Part shown: positions 1-8,862 of the stretch, one piece after another | Layout of the letters: each line of letters starts with the position of its first letter | How positions within the stretch are numbered: position 1 is the stretch's first letter | Source: Cuniculiplasma divulgatum | Lineage (GTDB): Archaea; Thermoplasmatota; Thermoplasmata; Thermoplasmatales; Thermoplasmataceae | Reading direction: 5' to 3' | NCBI RefSeq assembly: GCF_900083515.1 | Contig: NZ_LT671858.1 | Coordinates: 1,170,001 to 1,202,000, forward strand | DNA length: 32,000 nucleotides | Notes under the pieces: model-generated | What the model was told of the DNA's origin: nothing | Databases searched by the model: none | What the model saw: the letters and a program-made list of their open reading frames with translations, nothing else | Translations under genes and position numbers: made by a program

Positions 1-233
1 AGTTCAGGAGGGCTGCGTCGAATGTTGAAAAAATTCTTGATCAGAGCAACTCCTCAATGAAAAATATAGTTAGAGTAGTTGTTTATATGAAAAATCAGGG
101 AGACTTTGAACTTATGAACAAACTGTTCAAGGAAGTTTTTTCAATTGCTACACCTGCAAGAACAACCGTTGTTTGCAACTTTCCTAATGATAAAGCCTTA
201 ATAGAACTTGAGGTTACGGCTGTCACACAATGA
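1..233 (+). CDS. RidA/YjgF/UK114-family protein, C-terminal fragment (5' end outside window)
   Basis: The frame starting at nt 3 is open from the window edge to TGA 231-233. Its translation ...NIVRVVVYMKNQGDFELMNKLFKEVFSIATPARTTVVCNFPNDKALIELEVTAVTQ* matches the C-terminal pattern of the YjgF/RidA family (PAR[ST]xV..LP.dalvEIe). It is missing from the ORF track because it has no in-window start. Confidence 0.7.
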   Translation, partial: FRRAASNVEKILDQSNSSMKNIVRVVVYMKNQGDFELMNKLFKEVFSIATPARTTVVCNFPNDKALIELEVTAVTQ

Positions 234-306
234 TTTTTATATATATTTATACATTTACATAATTTATTTTCAATGCTAGAATATAACACACTTTATTTTA
301 GAGGGG

Positions 307-315
307 TTTATAAAA
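307..315 (+). promoter_or_regulatory. TATA-box-like element upstream of gdhA
   Basis: TTTATAAAA lies about 55-65 nt upstream of ATG 371. GGTGA at 362-366 is a Shine-Dalgarno-like site in the implied short leader. Confidence 0.3.
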
Positions 316-370
316 TGCTATAACCTTTAAAAGCTCTTTGTAATACAGTATGTACCGAGAAGGTGAATAC

Positions 371-1621
371 ATGGCAGAAGATTTAGATTCTTTTGATATT
401 GCTGTACAGCAATTAGAAAAGGCGGCGAAAGTTATGAACCTCGACAAAGAGGCTCTGGAAATTTTGAGGGCACCCCAGCAGATTTTGGAGGTTAGTTTAC
501 CAGTAAGAATGGATAATGGAAAAGTAAAAACTTTCAGAGGATTCAGAGTTCATTATAATAATGCAAGAGGTCCCGTTAAGGGAGGTATAAGATTCCATCC
601 AGAAGAAACACTTTCCACTGTAAAGGCACTCTCAGCATGGATGACATGGAAGACGGCGGTAGTTGATATACCAATGGGAGGAGCAAAGGGGGGAATAATA
701 TGCAACCCAAAGGAAATGAGTCCTTCTGAGCTGGAGAGACTTAGCAGAGCTTATGTTAGGGCCATTGCAGATTTCATTGGACCTGAAATTGATGTTCCTG
801 CACCGGACGTTTACACAACACCCCAGATAATGGCCTGGATGATGGATGAATATGAAACTATAGTTAGAAGATCTGCTCCTGGTGTAATAACGGGAAAGCC
901 ACTGACACTAGGTGGCTCACAGGGAAGAGGAGATGCAACAGCCAAAGGAGGAATGTATGTTCTTAAGGTTGGAGCTAAAAAGAAAGGTATAGATCTCTCA
1001 AAGGCAACGGTTGCTGTTCAGGGATTCGGTAATGCCGGTCAATTTGCAATGACCCTTGTAAAAGAACACTTCGGATCAAAGGTAGTTGCAATATCTGACA
1101 CTAAGGGAGGTATCTATTCAGAAAAAGGACTCGACTTTGATGCAGTTTTAAAGCACAAGCAGAAAACTGGCACAGTACAGGGTCTTGAGGGAACAAAAAA
1201 TATAACCAACGAAGAACTTCTAGAACTTGGCGTAGACGTACTTATTCCAGCCGCAATTGAGAATCAGATAACCTCAAAGAATGCAGATAAAATTAAGGCC
1301 AAGATCATTCTCGAACTTGCGAATGGTCCAACAACACCTGAGGCTGATGAGATACTCTTTAAGAGAGGCGTTCTTGATCTGCCAGACTTCCTTGCCAACG
1401 CAGGAGGAGTTACAACATCGTACTTCGAATGGGTACAGAACATCGGAGGATATTACTGGACAAGAGAAGAGGTATACGAAAAGTTGGACAAGAAAATGAC
1501 CACTGCTGCTGAAGATGTGCTTGCAACTGCTGACAAGTACAAGGTTAATCCAAGAACCGGAGCCTATATAATATCAGTGAAGAGAGTTGCAGACGCCATG
1601 AAGGCTAGAGGATGGTACTGA
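371..1621 (+). CDS. gdhA: Glutamate dehydrogenase (hexameric Glu/Leu/Phe/Val dehydrogenase family)
   Basis: The track ORF is 350..1621. It carries KGGIRFHP, the GGAKGG catalytic-Lys region and the GFGNAG dinucleotide-binding loop. I prefer ATG 371 (MAEDLDSF...), which is preceded by GGTGA, over ATG 350. Confidence 0.93.
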   Translation: MAEDLDSFDIAVQQLEKAAKVMNLDKEALEILRAPQQILEVSLPVRMDNGKVKTFRGFRVHYNNARGPVKGGIRFHPEETLSTVKALSAWMTWKTAVVDIPMGGAKGGIICNPKEMSPSELERLSRAYVRAIADFIGPEIDVPAPDVYTTPQIMAWMMDEYETIVRRSAPGVITGKPLTLGGSQGRGDATAKGGMYVLKVGAKKKGIDLSKATVAVQGFGNAGQFAMTLVKEHFGSKVVAISDTKGGIYSEKGLDFDAVLKHKQKTGTVQGLEGTKNITNEELLELGVDVLIPAAIENQITSKNADKIKAKIILELANGPTTPEADEILFKRGVLDLPDFLANAGGVTTSYFEWVQNIGGYYWTREEVYEKLDKKMTTAAEDVLATADKYKVNPRTGAYIISVKRVADAMKARGWY

Positions 1622-1805
1622 ACCACCCCCTTTTATTTTCATAGTTCATTTTAAAAATTAAAAACCAAAATATTTCTTTTGTAAAATGATTACAAATTTC
1701 TTTTTTTAAAATATTAAAATAGCGTTATTCAGTTTTTACTTTCGTTCCCTTAAACTTTAGTAGAATCTGAGTTAATATGTTTCATTGAGGGAAGCAATAC
1801 TACGT

Positions 1806-2777
1806 TTATGGAACAAGAACTTCTCTTCCCTTTACTTTGCCCTGTTTCAGATTGTTTAGCACTTCATTTGCAGAACTTAATTTGGACTTATGAACCATTG
1901 AAATTAAACCTTCAGATGAGGCTATGTCGAGGATCGCCCTTGTCTCCTTTCTTAGTCCGCTGGCCACACTTGTTATATTTTTCTCCCACATGAAACTGCT
2001 GAATGGAATCTCTATTTTATCCATTACTGCAGGTACTACTATTGTTTTTCCACTTTTAACAGATGAGGCCGCAGTTTGAACAATTTTGCTATTTGGTGCA
2101 AAAACAATTGCTCCGTCATAGTGACCTGATGGCCTGTCAGTTATTTCAGCAGCTTCGGCTTTTTCTGCAACATCCTTATGAGAAGTTGTTATTGCGCAGG
2201 CTTTTCCACCCATTAACCTGATCAGTTGAAGACCATAGAATCCTAATCCACCAATCCCGAATACTGCTATTCTGTCATTTGGAGCAATATTCAATCTCCT
2301 TACTGCCGAATATGCCGTGATACCTGCACAAAATAGTGGTGCAGTTTCTACACTGTTCAAATTATCTGGAATCCTGCTTACATATGTTGAGTCTAGGGCA
2401 ACGTATTCAGAATAGCCTCCCTTGTGATTTATTCCTGTTACGGTTGCATATGGACATAAGTTCTCCTTTCCCGATATGCAATACTCACATTTCCCACATG
2501 CAGAATAAAACCAGCCTATTCCAACTCTCTCACCTATCTGAATATCACTTTTTGATTCAACAACTTCCCCTACTATTTCATGGCCAGGAATTAGAGGAAA
2601 TAGTTCTGGAGGAAGAGGAAAGTCCCCCTCAATAATATGGAGATCACTGTGACAGACACCATTTGCCTGAACCTTTACAATTACCTGACCATGCTTTAAT
2701 TCTGGCCCTTCATAATCTTCATACTTCAGAGGATTGTTTTCTATCTTGTTCTGTTTTTCCAGGATCATTGCTTTCAT
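1806..2777 (-). CDS. adh: Zn-dependent medium-chain alcohol dehydrogenase
   Basis: I trimmed track ORF 1806..3200 to ATG 2775-2777 (MKAMILEK...). Motifs are GVCHSDLH, PGHEIVGE, the structural-zinc Cys4 CGKCEYCISGKENLC and the GIGGLG Rossmann loop. The upstream 141 codons of the track ORF read antisense through tRNA-Gly and are artefactual. Confidence 0.88.
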   Translation of the reverse strand: MKAMILEKQNKIENNPLKYEDYEGPELKHGQVIVKVQANGVCHSDLHIIEGDFPLPPELFPLIPGHEIVGEVVESKSDIQIGERVGIGWFYSACGKCEYCISGKENLCPYATVTGINHKGGYSEYVALDSTYVSRIPDNLNSVETAPLFCAGITAYSAVRRLNIAPNDRIAVFGIGGLGFYGLQLIRLMGGKACAITTSHKDVAEKAEAAEITDRPSGHYDGAIVFAPNSKIVQTAASSVKSGKTIVVPAVMDKIEIPFSSFMWEKNITSVASGLRKETRAILDIASSEGLISMVHKSKLSSANEVLNNLKQGKVKGREVLVP

Positions 2778-2871
2778 AATAAAAATAATTACAATCTTCC
2801 CTAAAGCATTTTGCCCATTGTACTGTACCACCAAATTTCTTTTATAACCATTTGCAATACCAGCGTTAGCA

Positions 2872-2943
2872 GCGGGAATAGTGTAGTGGTTATCACAGGG
2901 GCTTCCCAAGCCCTTAACCCGGGTTCGAATCCCGGTTTCCGCA
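2872..2943 (+). tRNA. tRNA-Gly (anticodon CCC)
   Basis: A hand-folded 72-nt cloverleaf. Acceptor GCGGGAA/TTTCCGC, anticodon stem GGGGC/GCCCT, loop TTCCCAA (anticodon CCC), T arm CCGGG-TTCGAAT-CCCGG, discriminator A. No CCA is encoded. Confidence 0.93.
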
Positions 2944-2946
2944 TAT
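2933..2946 (+). repeat. attL core (CGGTTTCCGCATAT)
   Basis: It comprises the last 11 nt of tRNA-Gly plus 3 nt downstream and is identical to 13571-13584. Confidence 0.75.
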
Positions 2947-2953
2947 GTATAAA

Positions 2954-2965
2954 AGTTCAATGCGT
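2954..2965. repeat. Element-internal 12-bp arm repeat (AGTTCAATGCGT), inverted partner of 13545-13556
   Basis: Its reverse complement, ACGCATTGAACT, occurs exactly at 13545-13556. This copy lies 7 nt inside attL. Confidence 0.55.
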
Positions 2966-3144
2966 ATAATGGGAAGAAGGCAATTATACTATGTTTGTTT
3001 ATATACTCTAACATGACTTTTTGAGATATATTAATTACAGAATAAAAATAATGATAATCTATTGTAAACACTTTGATCTTTGCGAGATAGCTTATAGGTC
3101 TTTTTCCAATGATATAATATTTTAGGATCCATTCACAGTAAAGA

Positions 3145-4278
3145 TCAGAATTTACTATATTTTTCCCTATATTCCTTTGACATTGTGAACAAGCCTTCAA
3201 AACTTTCCTTGAACTTATTTAAAGCCTGTTCAAATAGTGAATGTATGAAAGAGTATTCCAATTCATTTCTTGAAATAAGGTACGATGTTAAAAGTGGGAT
3301 CTTGTGTTCTTGCCAGAACCATTCTGTCAGCAATAAGAAATATCCAACGAATACGGAGTGGAATCCTACCGAATTAACAACAGAGCTCCTATACTTTTCA
3401 TCCATCAGTTTATTCCTGCTTATGTTATGAAATCCCATCTCTTTTCCTTTATTTTTAGAACTTCTGCGAGAGTTATTCAAAGCTGCCTCTTCATCAATCA
3501 GGTTTTTATCAATTTCTTCAATATATATCTTAAACAAGATTTCATCACTATAGACATGACTTAACCGATCTAATCCTTCCTTTGATATTTTGGGCATTGT
3601 TTTTTCTCCTATAGTCCGATGAAGCAGCAATGTAGAATCCACTGCATTAAATCCATATACCCCATTAACATAAAATGAACTAAGCAGTGCAAACCTATCT
3701 AACTGCTTGAGAGTTGCATCGGGATCCACATTTATGAAGATAATTCTAAACAAAATTCGAGTCATTTCTGAGTAGGAAAGAGAGGATCCTTTTCCTTTAA
3801 ATTTTTCCAGCACTGTTTTCAGGCCATCAAATAAAGTTATTTCATCGCCCTTGAGTTTCAGGATGAAATTAGATACGCCAGGTTCCTTCATAGTGCTTGA
3901 TCCCATTGGTTCTGTTCCATACTTTTTCCTGAGATCATCCATACCAGAATTATCAGTATCATCTCTTGAGAGGTAATTCCTTATGATATCCTTATGTATG
4001 GCTAATTCTAAGCTTAAGATAAGTTCCTCATTAGTTTTTGGAAGATTGAAATCGCTTATTCCTATATCAGTTAAGAATTCTCCAACCAGATTTTTACCAT
4101 GATTTTCCCAGTTTCCAAGAATTTCTAAGTAAGAGTGAAGAACGCACGCTTTAAGGATATCACTAAAGTCAAGAACATTGGAGATAGGGATTCCAGAATA
4201 AAGGAGTCCTTGTTGAATGTAGTTTAAAAAAGCATAGTCATTTTTGCTTAGTGATACAGGAACTTTCTTTTCATCCAT
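3145..4278 (-). CDS. Hypothetical protein (377 aa), orphan cargo gene next to attL
   Basis: The track ORF is 3145..4353. I prefer ATG 4278 (MDEKKVPVSLSK...); upstream ATGs at 4353, 4317 and 4302 are possible. I recognise no motif. It is the only sizeable minus-strand gene in the left part of the element. Confidence 0.6.
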   Translation of the reverse strand: MDEKKVPVSLSKNDYAFLNYIQQGLLYSGIPISNVLDFSDILKACVLHSYLEILGNWENHGKNLVGEFLTDIGISDFNLPKTNEELILSLELAIHKDIIRNYLSRDDTDNSGMDDLRKKYGTEPMGSSTMKEPGVSNFILKLKGDEITLFDGLKTVLEKFKGKGSSLSYSEMTRILFRIIFINVDPDATLKQLDRFALLSSFYVNGVYGFNAVDSTLLLHRTIGEKTMPKISKEGLDRLSHVYSDEILFKIYIEEIDKNLIDEEAALNNSRRSSKNKGKEMGFHNISRNKLMDEKYRSSVVNSVGFHSVFVGYFLLLTEWFWQEHKIPLLTSYLISRNELEYSFIHSLFEQALNKFKESFEGLFTMSKEYREKYSKF

Positions 4279-4353
4279 GTTTCGTAAATATAACCTATCC
4301 ATATAAACATATAGCATATGATATTCATAATGTTTATACGTGTGGTTACACAA

Positions 4354-4363
4354 TTATTATATA
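4354..4363 (+). promoter_or_regulatory. TATA-box-like element for the plus-strand operon (leaderless start at 4385)
   Basis: TTATTATATA is centred about 26 nt upstream of ATG 4385. It sits in the 106-nt divergent intergenic region between 4278 and 4385. Confidence 0.3.
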
Positions 4364-4384
4364 GTGCGTGTTTATACATATAGT

Positions 4385-4537
4385 ATGGCACAGCTTGATA
4401 TTTATATCAAACCAAAGGACAAAGTAAAACTGACCAGGAAGGCAAACAAATTTAATGTGTCCATTTCCAAGCTAATGGTTACGGCAGCACTCATGTGTGA
4501 TAAGGAAGTAATGGAGGAAATAAAGCATGGCCAGTGA
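4385..4537 (+). CDS. Small ribbon-helix-helix (CopG/Arc-like) DNA-binding protein, 50 aa
   Basis: MAQLDIYIKPKDKVKLTRKANKFNVSISKLMVTAAL... has an N-terminal beta-strand followed by two helices, which is the RHH pattern. It is the first gene of the operon. The track ORF 4340..4537 was trimmed to ATG 4385. Confidence 0.55.
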   Translation: MAQLDIYIKPKDKVKLTRKANKFNVSISKLMVTAALMCDKEVMEEIKHGQ

Positions 4538-4709
4538 TTACCAATATTCCGATCCAAGGCTTTTATTTGAACTGTGGCGGGAATTAACCGGCGAAGACCT
4601 TTTAAGTGATATAACAGAGAGTAAAGAACCTCAAGGAAAATCAGTTGAGGGGGATAAAAAGGAAATAAGGGCAAGTCAGAAAGAAACCCAAAAAAGGAGG
4701 ATAAAATGA
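4527..4709 (+). CDS. Hypothetical small protein, 60 aa, basic and acidic C-terminal tail
   Basis: A track ORF whose start overlaps the previous stop by 11 nt. No motif recognised. Confidence 0.45.
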   Translation: MASDYQYSDPRLLFELWRELTGEDLLSDITESKEPQGKSVEGDKKEIRASQKETQKRRIK

Positions 4710-4710
4710 G

Positions 4711-4854
4711 ATGAATAAAAAGATATTTGGAGGGGTACCAGCCCCTACAAAAAAAGTAAGCAAGTTATATAACCAATCTAAGTTAATTAAGGTTTCTTTT
4801 AAAGAGATTTACCAGTCAGGCAATGGACAAATTACGATTTTTGAGGTGTTTTGA
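4711..4854 (+). CDS. Possible small ORF, 47 aa (below the track cutoff)
   Basis: ATG 4711 lies 1 nt after the previous stop, and its TGA at 4852-4854 lies 1 nt before ATG 4856 of the Rep gene. Translation: MNKKIFGGVPAPTKKVSKLYNQSKLIKVSFKEIYQSGNGQITIFEVF. Only the tight packing supports it. Confidence 0.3.
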   Translation: MNKKIFGGVPAPTKKVSKLYNQSKLIKVSFKEIYQSGNGQITIFEVF

Positions 4855-4855
4855 A

Positions 4856-7393
4856 ATGAGAACTAAAATAGAGGCTAACGGCAATGGAATCATGAGTGGA
4901 GATGTGATTTATATAAATAAGAGGAATTCAAATATAACCTCTGTTGATAAGAAGAAATATTCGGAATTATTAGAACGATTTGTTAAAGGAACCAGACCTA
5001 TCACAGAGGAGAACTTTTTAAACATAACTGTAGGTTACTCTATGATTGTGGGTTTTCTTATAGAACAGATTCGCAAGAGTCCAGAATTATGGGACAGCAG
5101 AAAGGAACCTGAGGAACTGCGAGAACTTAAAAGTAGATATCTTAAAGTATGGAAAATTAAAAAAGGGCTGATGCTACCTGAAATAGAAAAAAACAATATT
5201 ATTTTAATTGAAGATTCTGATTCCCTTTACTTTCCTGGTCCAAATCACATTGCAGATTCCATAATGCGTAAGCATACATGCAAGACAACCTATACTGATG
5301 ATGACGACAGGGAAAAACTTTGGTTTTTCAATGGAGAAATATACACAAGAGGAGAGGCATTAATAAAACAGGAAGCGCACAACGAATATATGCGTCAATG
5401 GAAAGCGATGCACGAAGAGGCCAAGAAAAAACAGAGCAAGGCATTATCAGAGAGATTGAGAGAGCTGTTACATAGAGGGCCCAGAGCAAACGATATCAAT
5501 GAAGTAATCGCAATGATCAAGAGGGTAACATTTACAAAAGAGGAGATGAACCCTGGGTCTCACATCCCATTCAAAGGCAAGGGGCTCTTGAATTTGAAAT
5601 CATGGAAGTGGGAAGAATTCAATGATGAATACTTTTTCACATACATGATAAATGCCACTCCAGTTGATCGGTATGTTACCTTGAAAGATGTCCCACTGTT
5701 TGGGAATTTACTCAGAACGGCATACTACTATTCTGATATCCCAACGATCCTAAGCTATGCTGCCTATACCTTTAATCCGAGATTACCTGCTGAAAAAGTG
5801 TTATTCATAGTGGGAACCCCAAGAATAGGTAAAGGAACAACGGTCAAAGTTTTAGAGGGTCTCCAGCCTCAGGGAACAGCTCCATTCTCAATGAAAACAA
5901 TTCTAACTGCTGATCGATTCATGTTTTCAGGTTTAGAAGGAAAAAATCTAATTACCGACAGCGAAGCCACCCGAACCTTCAAGAGAGGGATCCCTCTTAA
6001 TTGGGCTAACTTTACCACATTGTTTGGTGGTGATACGTTGCCTAATGAGGAAAAAGGGAAAGAGATGAAAGGGGCCAGAAGCCATGCAAAGGGAATAGTA
6101 TTAGGGAACCTACCACTTATGAAGATAACGGACCCAGCCGCATTATCCCGAATTATTGTTGTTGAAACCAGAAACCAAAAACCCAGGGTAAGGATAGAAA
6201 ATCTCAGCGATAAGATCCTGGAGAGAGAAGGAAACCTGGTTGCCACACTGTTACTTCAGGTTCTTTTCAAACTAATACGCAGGAAATGGATTTTCCCAGG
6301 AGAGTTGTCAGAAGATGCAATTTCTCAACTGATGGATCACCTGGCTAATCCGGTTGAATATTTTATTGAGGAGAAAATTGAGGAAGACAGCAATAGTAAG
6401 ATCAGAGAAGATGAACTTTTAGAGGCATTTGAAGATTTCTGCGATGAGAACAGTGTTCCTAAAATTTCAAAGAACCTGTTCACTAGAACATTTGCAAAAA
6501 GTTTTCAAAGGAAAAAACAGGGGACAAGAGCAAATCGAGTGAATTACTACTTTGAATGCAAGTTAGCCCTCTCAGATAAAGAATTAAAGATCGATACTGA
6601 GGAAAAAGTGGGACACGGGCTTAATTACACAGAAAGCCAGAATTTAAGGGATTCTGGAGAGAGATATAGGCGTGTCCATCTTTTGTCCCCTATCTTGTAC
6701 ATGCGGGAGAGAGAGGACACACGTAAAAAGGAAAAGGCACAAAAGTTAGACACGTACTTTTCAACCCTTAAAACCAATGAAATAAAGGGTTTCGAGGATA
6801 AGAAAAGCGTGTCCAACTTTTTTCATGAAAAAGAGTCATCACCTGAGACAAGTGAAACTAAACCTTCCAAATCTTTAGCGAATGACGGTATTCAGGATGA
6901 TAGTGAGAAAGTTAAAGATCAATCCTACCAAATTGAAGAAACTATACTTAACCTTCTAAAGCAGATTACAAGGAACGATAAGAGCATGAGAGTGGAACCA
7001 TCTATTATTTTGAGTAGTTTAGCTCTGAATGGGATTTATCAACCTATCACACTTAAAGAGATGAATGAACGCATTTTACCTACCATGGCAGAGTTAGGCA
7101 TGATTTCCATGAGTAATGGCAAAATCGCTCTTACTGGAAAGAAATTAAAGGAACCTAATAACCCGGAAGAAAATGAGAAAATCGAATATGTCCTAATATC
7201 TGCCCTGGAAGATCTTCCCGCTTTTGCATGGAAGGACAGAGATTATTACGTTCACCAAGGGGACATCTGCCACATGCCTAAGGAAGTAGTAAACACACTG
7301 ATAAGGCAAAACAGGAAAATACGGATAATTGAGGAGAATGGACAGATAAATGATCCTGCCGAAGTATCTGTTTTGAAAAGGGGTGGCCAGTGA
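4856..7393 (+). CDS. Replication protein: D5_N-like region plus P4/D5-family SF3 helicase, with a long C-terminal extension
   Basis: The track ORF is 4823..7393, with an alternative start at ATG 4856 (MRTK...). Walker A is VGTPRIGKGTT and Walker-B-like is GKNLITDSE. Motif C is GGDTLPNEEKGKEMKGARSHAKGIVLGNLPL, as in the P4-family primase C-terminal domain. Upstream, REKLWFFNGEIYTRGE resembles D5_N. Confidence 0.82.
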   Translation: MRTKIEANGNGIMSGDVIYINKRNSNITSVDKKKYSELLERFVKGTRPITEENFLNITVGYSMIVGFLIEQIRKSPELWDSRKEPEELRELKSRYLKVWKIKKGLMLPEIEKNNIILIEDSDSLYFPGPNHIADSIMRKHTCKTTYTDDDDREKLWFFNGEIYTRGEALIKQEAHNEYMRQWKAMHEEAKKKQSKALSERLRELLHRGPRANDINEVIAMIKRVTFTKEEMNPGSHIPFKGKGLLNLKSWKWEEFNDEYFFTYMINATPVDRYVTLKDVPLFGNLLRTAYYYSDIPTILSYAAYTFNPRLPAEKVLFIVGTPRIGKGTTVKVLEGLQPQGTAPFSMKTILTADRFMFSGLEGKNLITDSEATRTFKRGIPLNWANFTTLFGGDTLPNEEKGKEMKGARSHAKGIVLGNLPLMKITDPAALSRIIVVETRNQKPRVRIENLSDKILEREGNLVATLLLQVLFKLIRRKWIFPGELSEDAISQLMDHLANPVEYFIEEKIEEDSNSKIREDELLEAFEDFCDENSVPKISKNLFTRTFAKSFQRKKQGTRANRVNYYFECKLALSDKELKIDTEEKVGHGLNYTESQNLRDSGERYRRVHLLSPILYMREREDTRKKEKAQKLDTYFSTLKTNEIKGFEDKKSVSNFFHEKESSPETSETKPSKSLANDGIQDDSEKVKDQSYQIEETILNLLKQITRNDKSMRVEPSIILSSLALNGIYQPITLKEMNERILPTMAELGMISMSNGKIALTGKKLKEPNNPEENEKIEYVLISALEDLPAFAWKDRDYYVHQGDICHMPKEVVNTLIRQNRKIRIIEENGQINDPAEVSVLKRGGQ

Positions 7394-7674
7394 TGATCCT
7401 TCCAGTATATCTGAAAGGTCTTGAAGGATCAACAGTAAGTGTGAATTACCTAGGACCCAAAAACGCACCCTATACCCTGACTGGTGAATTTCAAAGGAGA
7501 TCCTTTAACAAAATCATTATTGACGGGTTGAAGTCAGGAAGAACCCATAGAATACCACTTGATAAGGTGATATCTATAGCTGAGCTTGACTCAGATTTTA
7601 AGATCCTAAAATTTTTACAGGATGGCACAGGGGCGGCCTTATGCTCCAAAGAGGAAGTGATAGAGAATGAATGA
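7390..7674 (+). CDS. Hypothetical protein, 94 aa (possible Sm/SH3-like small beta-barrel)
   Basis: An ATGA start/stop overlap with Rep. LKGLEGSTVSVNYLG...YTLTGEFQRRSFNKIIIDG...RIPLDKVISIAEL loosely follows an Sm-like pattern. The fold call is weak. Confidence 0.5.
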   Translation: MMILPVYLKGLEGSTVSVNYLGPKNAPYTLTGEFQRRSFNKIIIDGLKSGRTHRIPLDKVISIAELDSDFKILKFLQDGTGAALCSKEEVIENE

Positions 7675-7984
7675 ACAAAGTATGGAGAATTTGCAGAAAG
7701 CAATCGATGGCATACTTCATCCTTGGGGATGGAAGCTGGAAGCAAAAAAAGGAAAAGATGAGGTTATAGTGGTTGAATACAACATGGAGAATCTGAATAA
7801 GACTCTATTCTCAGGAGCCGTATTCCGTTTAGTGCTGTATGAGTTTGAGATACGGCATTTTTCTTTACTGTCAGTCAAAACTAAGGGTCAATCTCTTTTC
7901 CTGGTATTCGATGAACAACGAAAGGACTCAGGGGGAATAGCAGCTGAAACAAAGAATCCCACAGGCAGAGGTGCGTTAAATTGA
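7667..7984 (+). CDS. Hypothetical protein, 105 aa
   Basis: A track ORF that overlaps the previous gene by 8 nt, in the same operon. Confidence 0.5.
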   Translation: MNEQSMENLQKAIDGILHPWGWKLEAKKGKDEVIVVEYNMENLNKTLFSGAVFRLVLYEFEIRHFSLLSVKTKGQSLFLVFDEQRKDSGGIAAETKNPTGRGALN

Positions 7985-7986
7985 AA

Positions 7987-8103
7987 ATGAGCAATAACGG
8001 AATAGAAACAATAAGAAGGATCCTGGATAATAGGATCACTTACTATTTTGTCAAGGTCCTTGTGTGGGCTGGAAACAAAATATTGAAGGATGGGGTGGAT
8101 TAA
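7987..8103 (+). CDS. Possible small ORF, 38 aa
   Basis: ATG 7987 lies 2 nt after the previous stop, and its TAA at 8101-8103 abuts ATG 8104. Translation: MSNNGIETIRRILDNRITYYFVKVLVWAGNKILKDGVD. Supported by packing only. Confidence 0.25.
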   Translation: MSNNGIETIRRILDNRITYYFVKVLVWAGNKILKDGVD

Positions 8104-8277
8104 ATGAAACCCTTTCAGTTAACAACAAAAGGAACAACCAGGAGAAAATTAGAGAAATTTGCCAATGCCCATCCTGAAGGATTCTATCTGAATTATAGCA
8201 CAGTCATAGACGATCTTCTCAGTGGAAAAGTAAAGAGGAGAATAAAGTTAAAAAGCAATAAAAAGGCGGTAAGATGA
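8104..8277 (+). CDS. Possible small RHH-like protein, 57 aa
   Basis: MKPFQLTTKGTTRRKLEKFANAHPEGFYLNYSTVIDDLLSGKVKRRIKLKSNKKAVR has a beta-strand plus two-helix pattern and a basic tail. It abuts its neighbours with no gap. Confidence 0.4.
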   Translation: MKPFQLTTKGTTRRKLEKFANAHPEGFYLNYSTVIDDLLSGKVKRRIKLKSNKKAVR

Positions 8278-8405
8278 GTGTGGAAAGAGTAAAGCAGAAT
8301 ACCCTCAGGAAGTTAGGGAGCCTTCTTCCTGAAGGCGTAAGGATAAGGCTCATTGTCATTGGGAGATCCGGAATAATAACGGTGGTTGTAAATGAAGCCG
8401 AATAA
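8274..8405 (+). CDS. Possible small ORF, 43 aa
   Basis: An ATGA overlap with the previous ORF. Translation: MSVERVKQNTLRKLGSLLPEGVRIRLIVIGRSGIITVVVNEAE. Confidence 0.25.
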   Translation: MSVERVKQNTLRKLGSLLPEGVRIRLIVIGRSGIITVVVNEAE

Positions 8406-8862
8406 TGATAAAATGCATAGGCTCTCATACTTCCATGGGGAAGGGGAATATAATTATACCAAAGAACATCAAACAACTCTGACAATACCTACAAACAGAC
8501 AAACATCAGGCAAAGAATCACTATCTAAAGATCTTCTCTCAATCAAAACCATGTCATACTGCTCCAGGTATAATTCATGTGAAGCTCCCATATGTCCTCT
8601 TGATATCCTTGTAAAAAAAAGAACATACGCTGAAGGAGATCCTGAGTGTGGAATGGCAAGGGCTACAAGGCATAGATACTGGGAGAATATGCCCGAAGAA
8701 CTCAAAAAGGAGCTGCCATACCAGGGATATTTCCAGGGAGAGTTTACAAGGTTAAAGGCAGCCAGGGAAAGATGGGAATCCTTAAGTGAAGGAGAAAAAC
8801 AGGGAGTTTTAGATCGATTGAAGGATATCAGGAACTCTAAAAAGGGAGATGGTCCACGATGA
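8392..8862 (+). CDS. Hypothetical Cys-containing protein, 156 aa
   Basis: A track ORF containing CSRYNSCEAPICPLD...ECG, a possible metal-binding cluster. Later starts are possible. The antisense ORF 8219..8485 is judged spurious. Confidence 0.5.
   Translation: MKPNNDKMHRLSYFHGEGEYNYTKEHQTTLTIPTNRQTSGKESLSKDLLSIKTMSYCSRYNSCEAPICPLDILVKKRTYAEGDPECGMARATRHRYWENMPEELKKELPYQGYFQGEFTRLKAARERWESLSEGEKQGVLDRLKDIRNSKKGDGPR

Noticed and set aside
95-289. A 64-aa minus-strand ORF.
   Set aside because: It is antisense to the well-supported RidA-family 3' end and has no motif. It looks like a typical shadow ORF of AT-rich DNA.
1281-1499. A 72-aa plus-strand ORF in an alternative frame inside gdhA. The same applies to internal ORFs at 1808..1993 and 2336..2635 opposite adh.
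   Set aside because: They are nested in genes with strong family motifs in another frame or strand, and they have no motifs of their own.
2778-3200. The N-terminal 141 codons of the 464-aa track ORF 1806..3200 (minus strand).
   Set aside because: This part reads antisense straight through tRNA-Gly (…AETGIRTRVKGLGSPCDNHYTIPAA…) and across attL into the element. The ADH domain begins at MKAMILEK (ATG 2777), so the extension is an open-frame artefact.
5869-6246. A 125-aa minus-strand ORF inside the Rep gene. The same applies to 6625..6816 and 7193..7468.
   Set aside because: It is antisense to a CDS with clear SF3 helicase motifs, so it is a shadow ORF.
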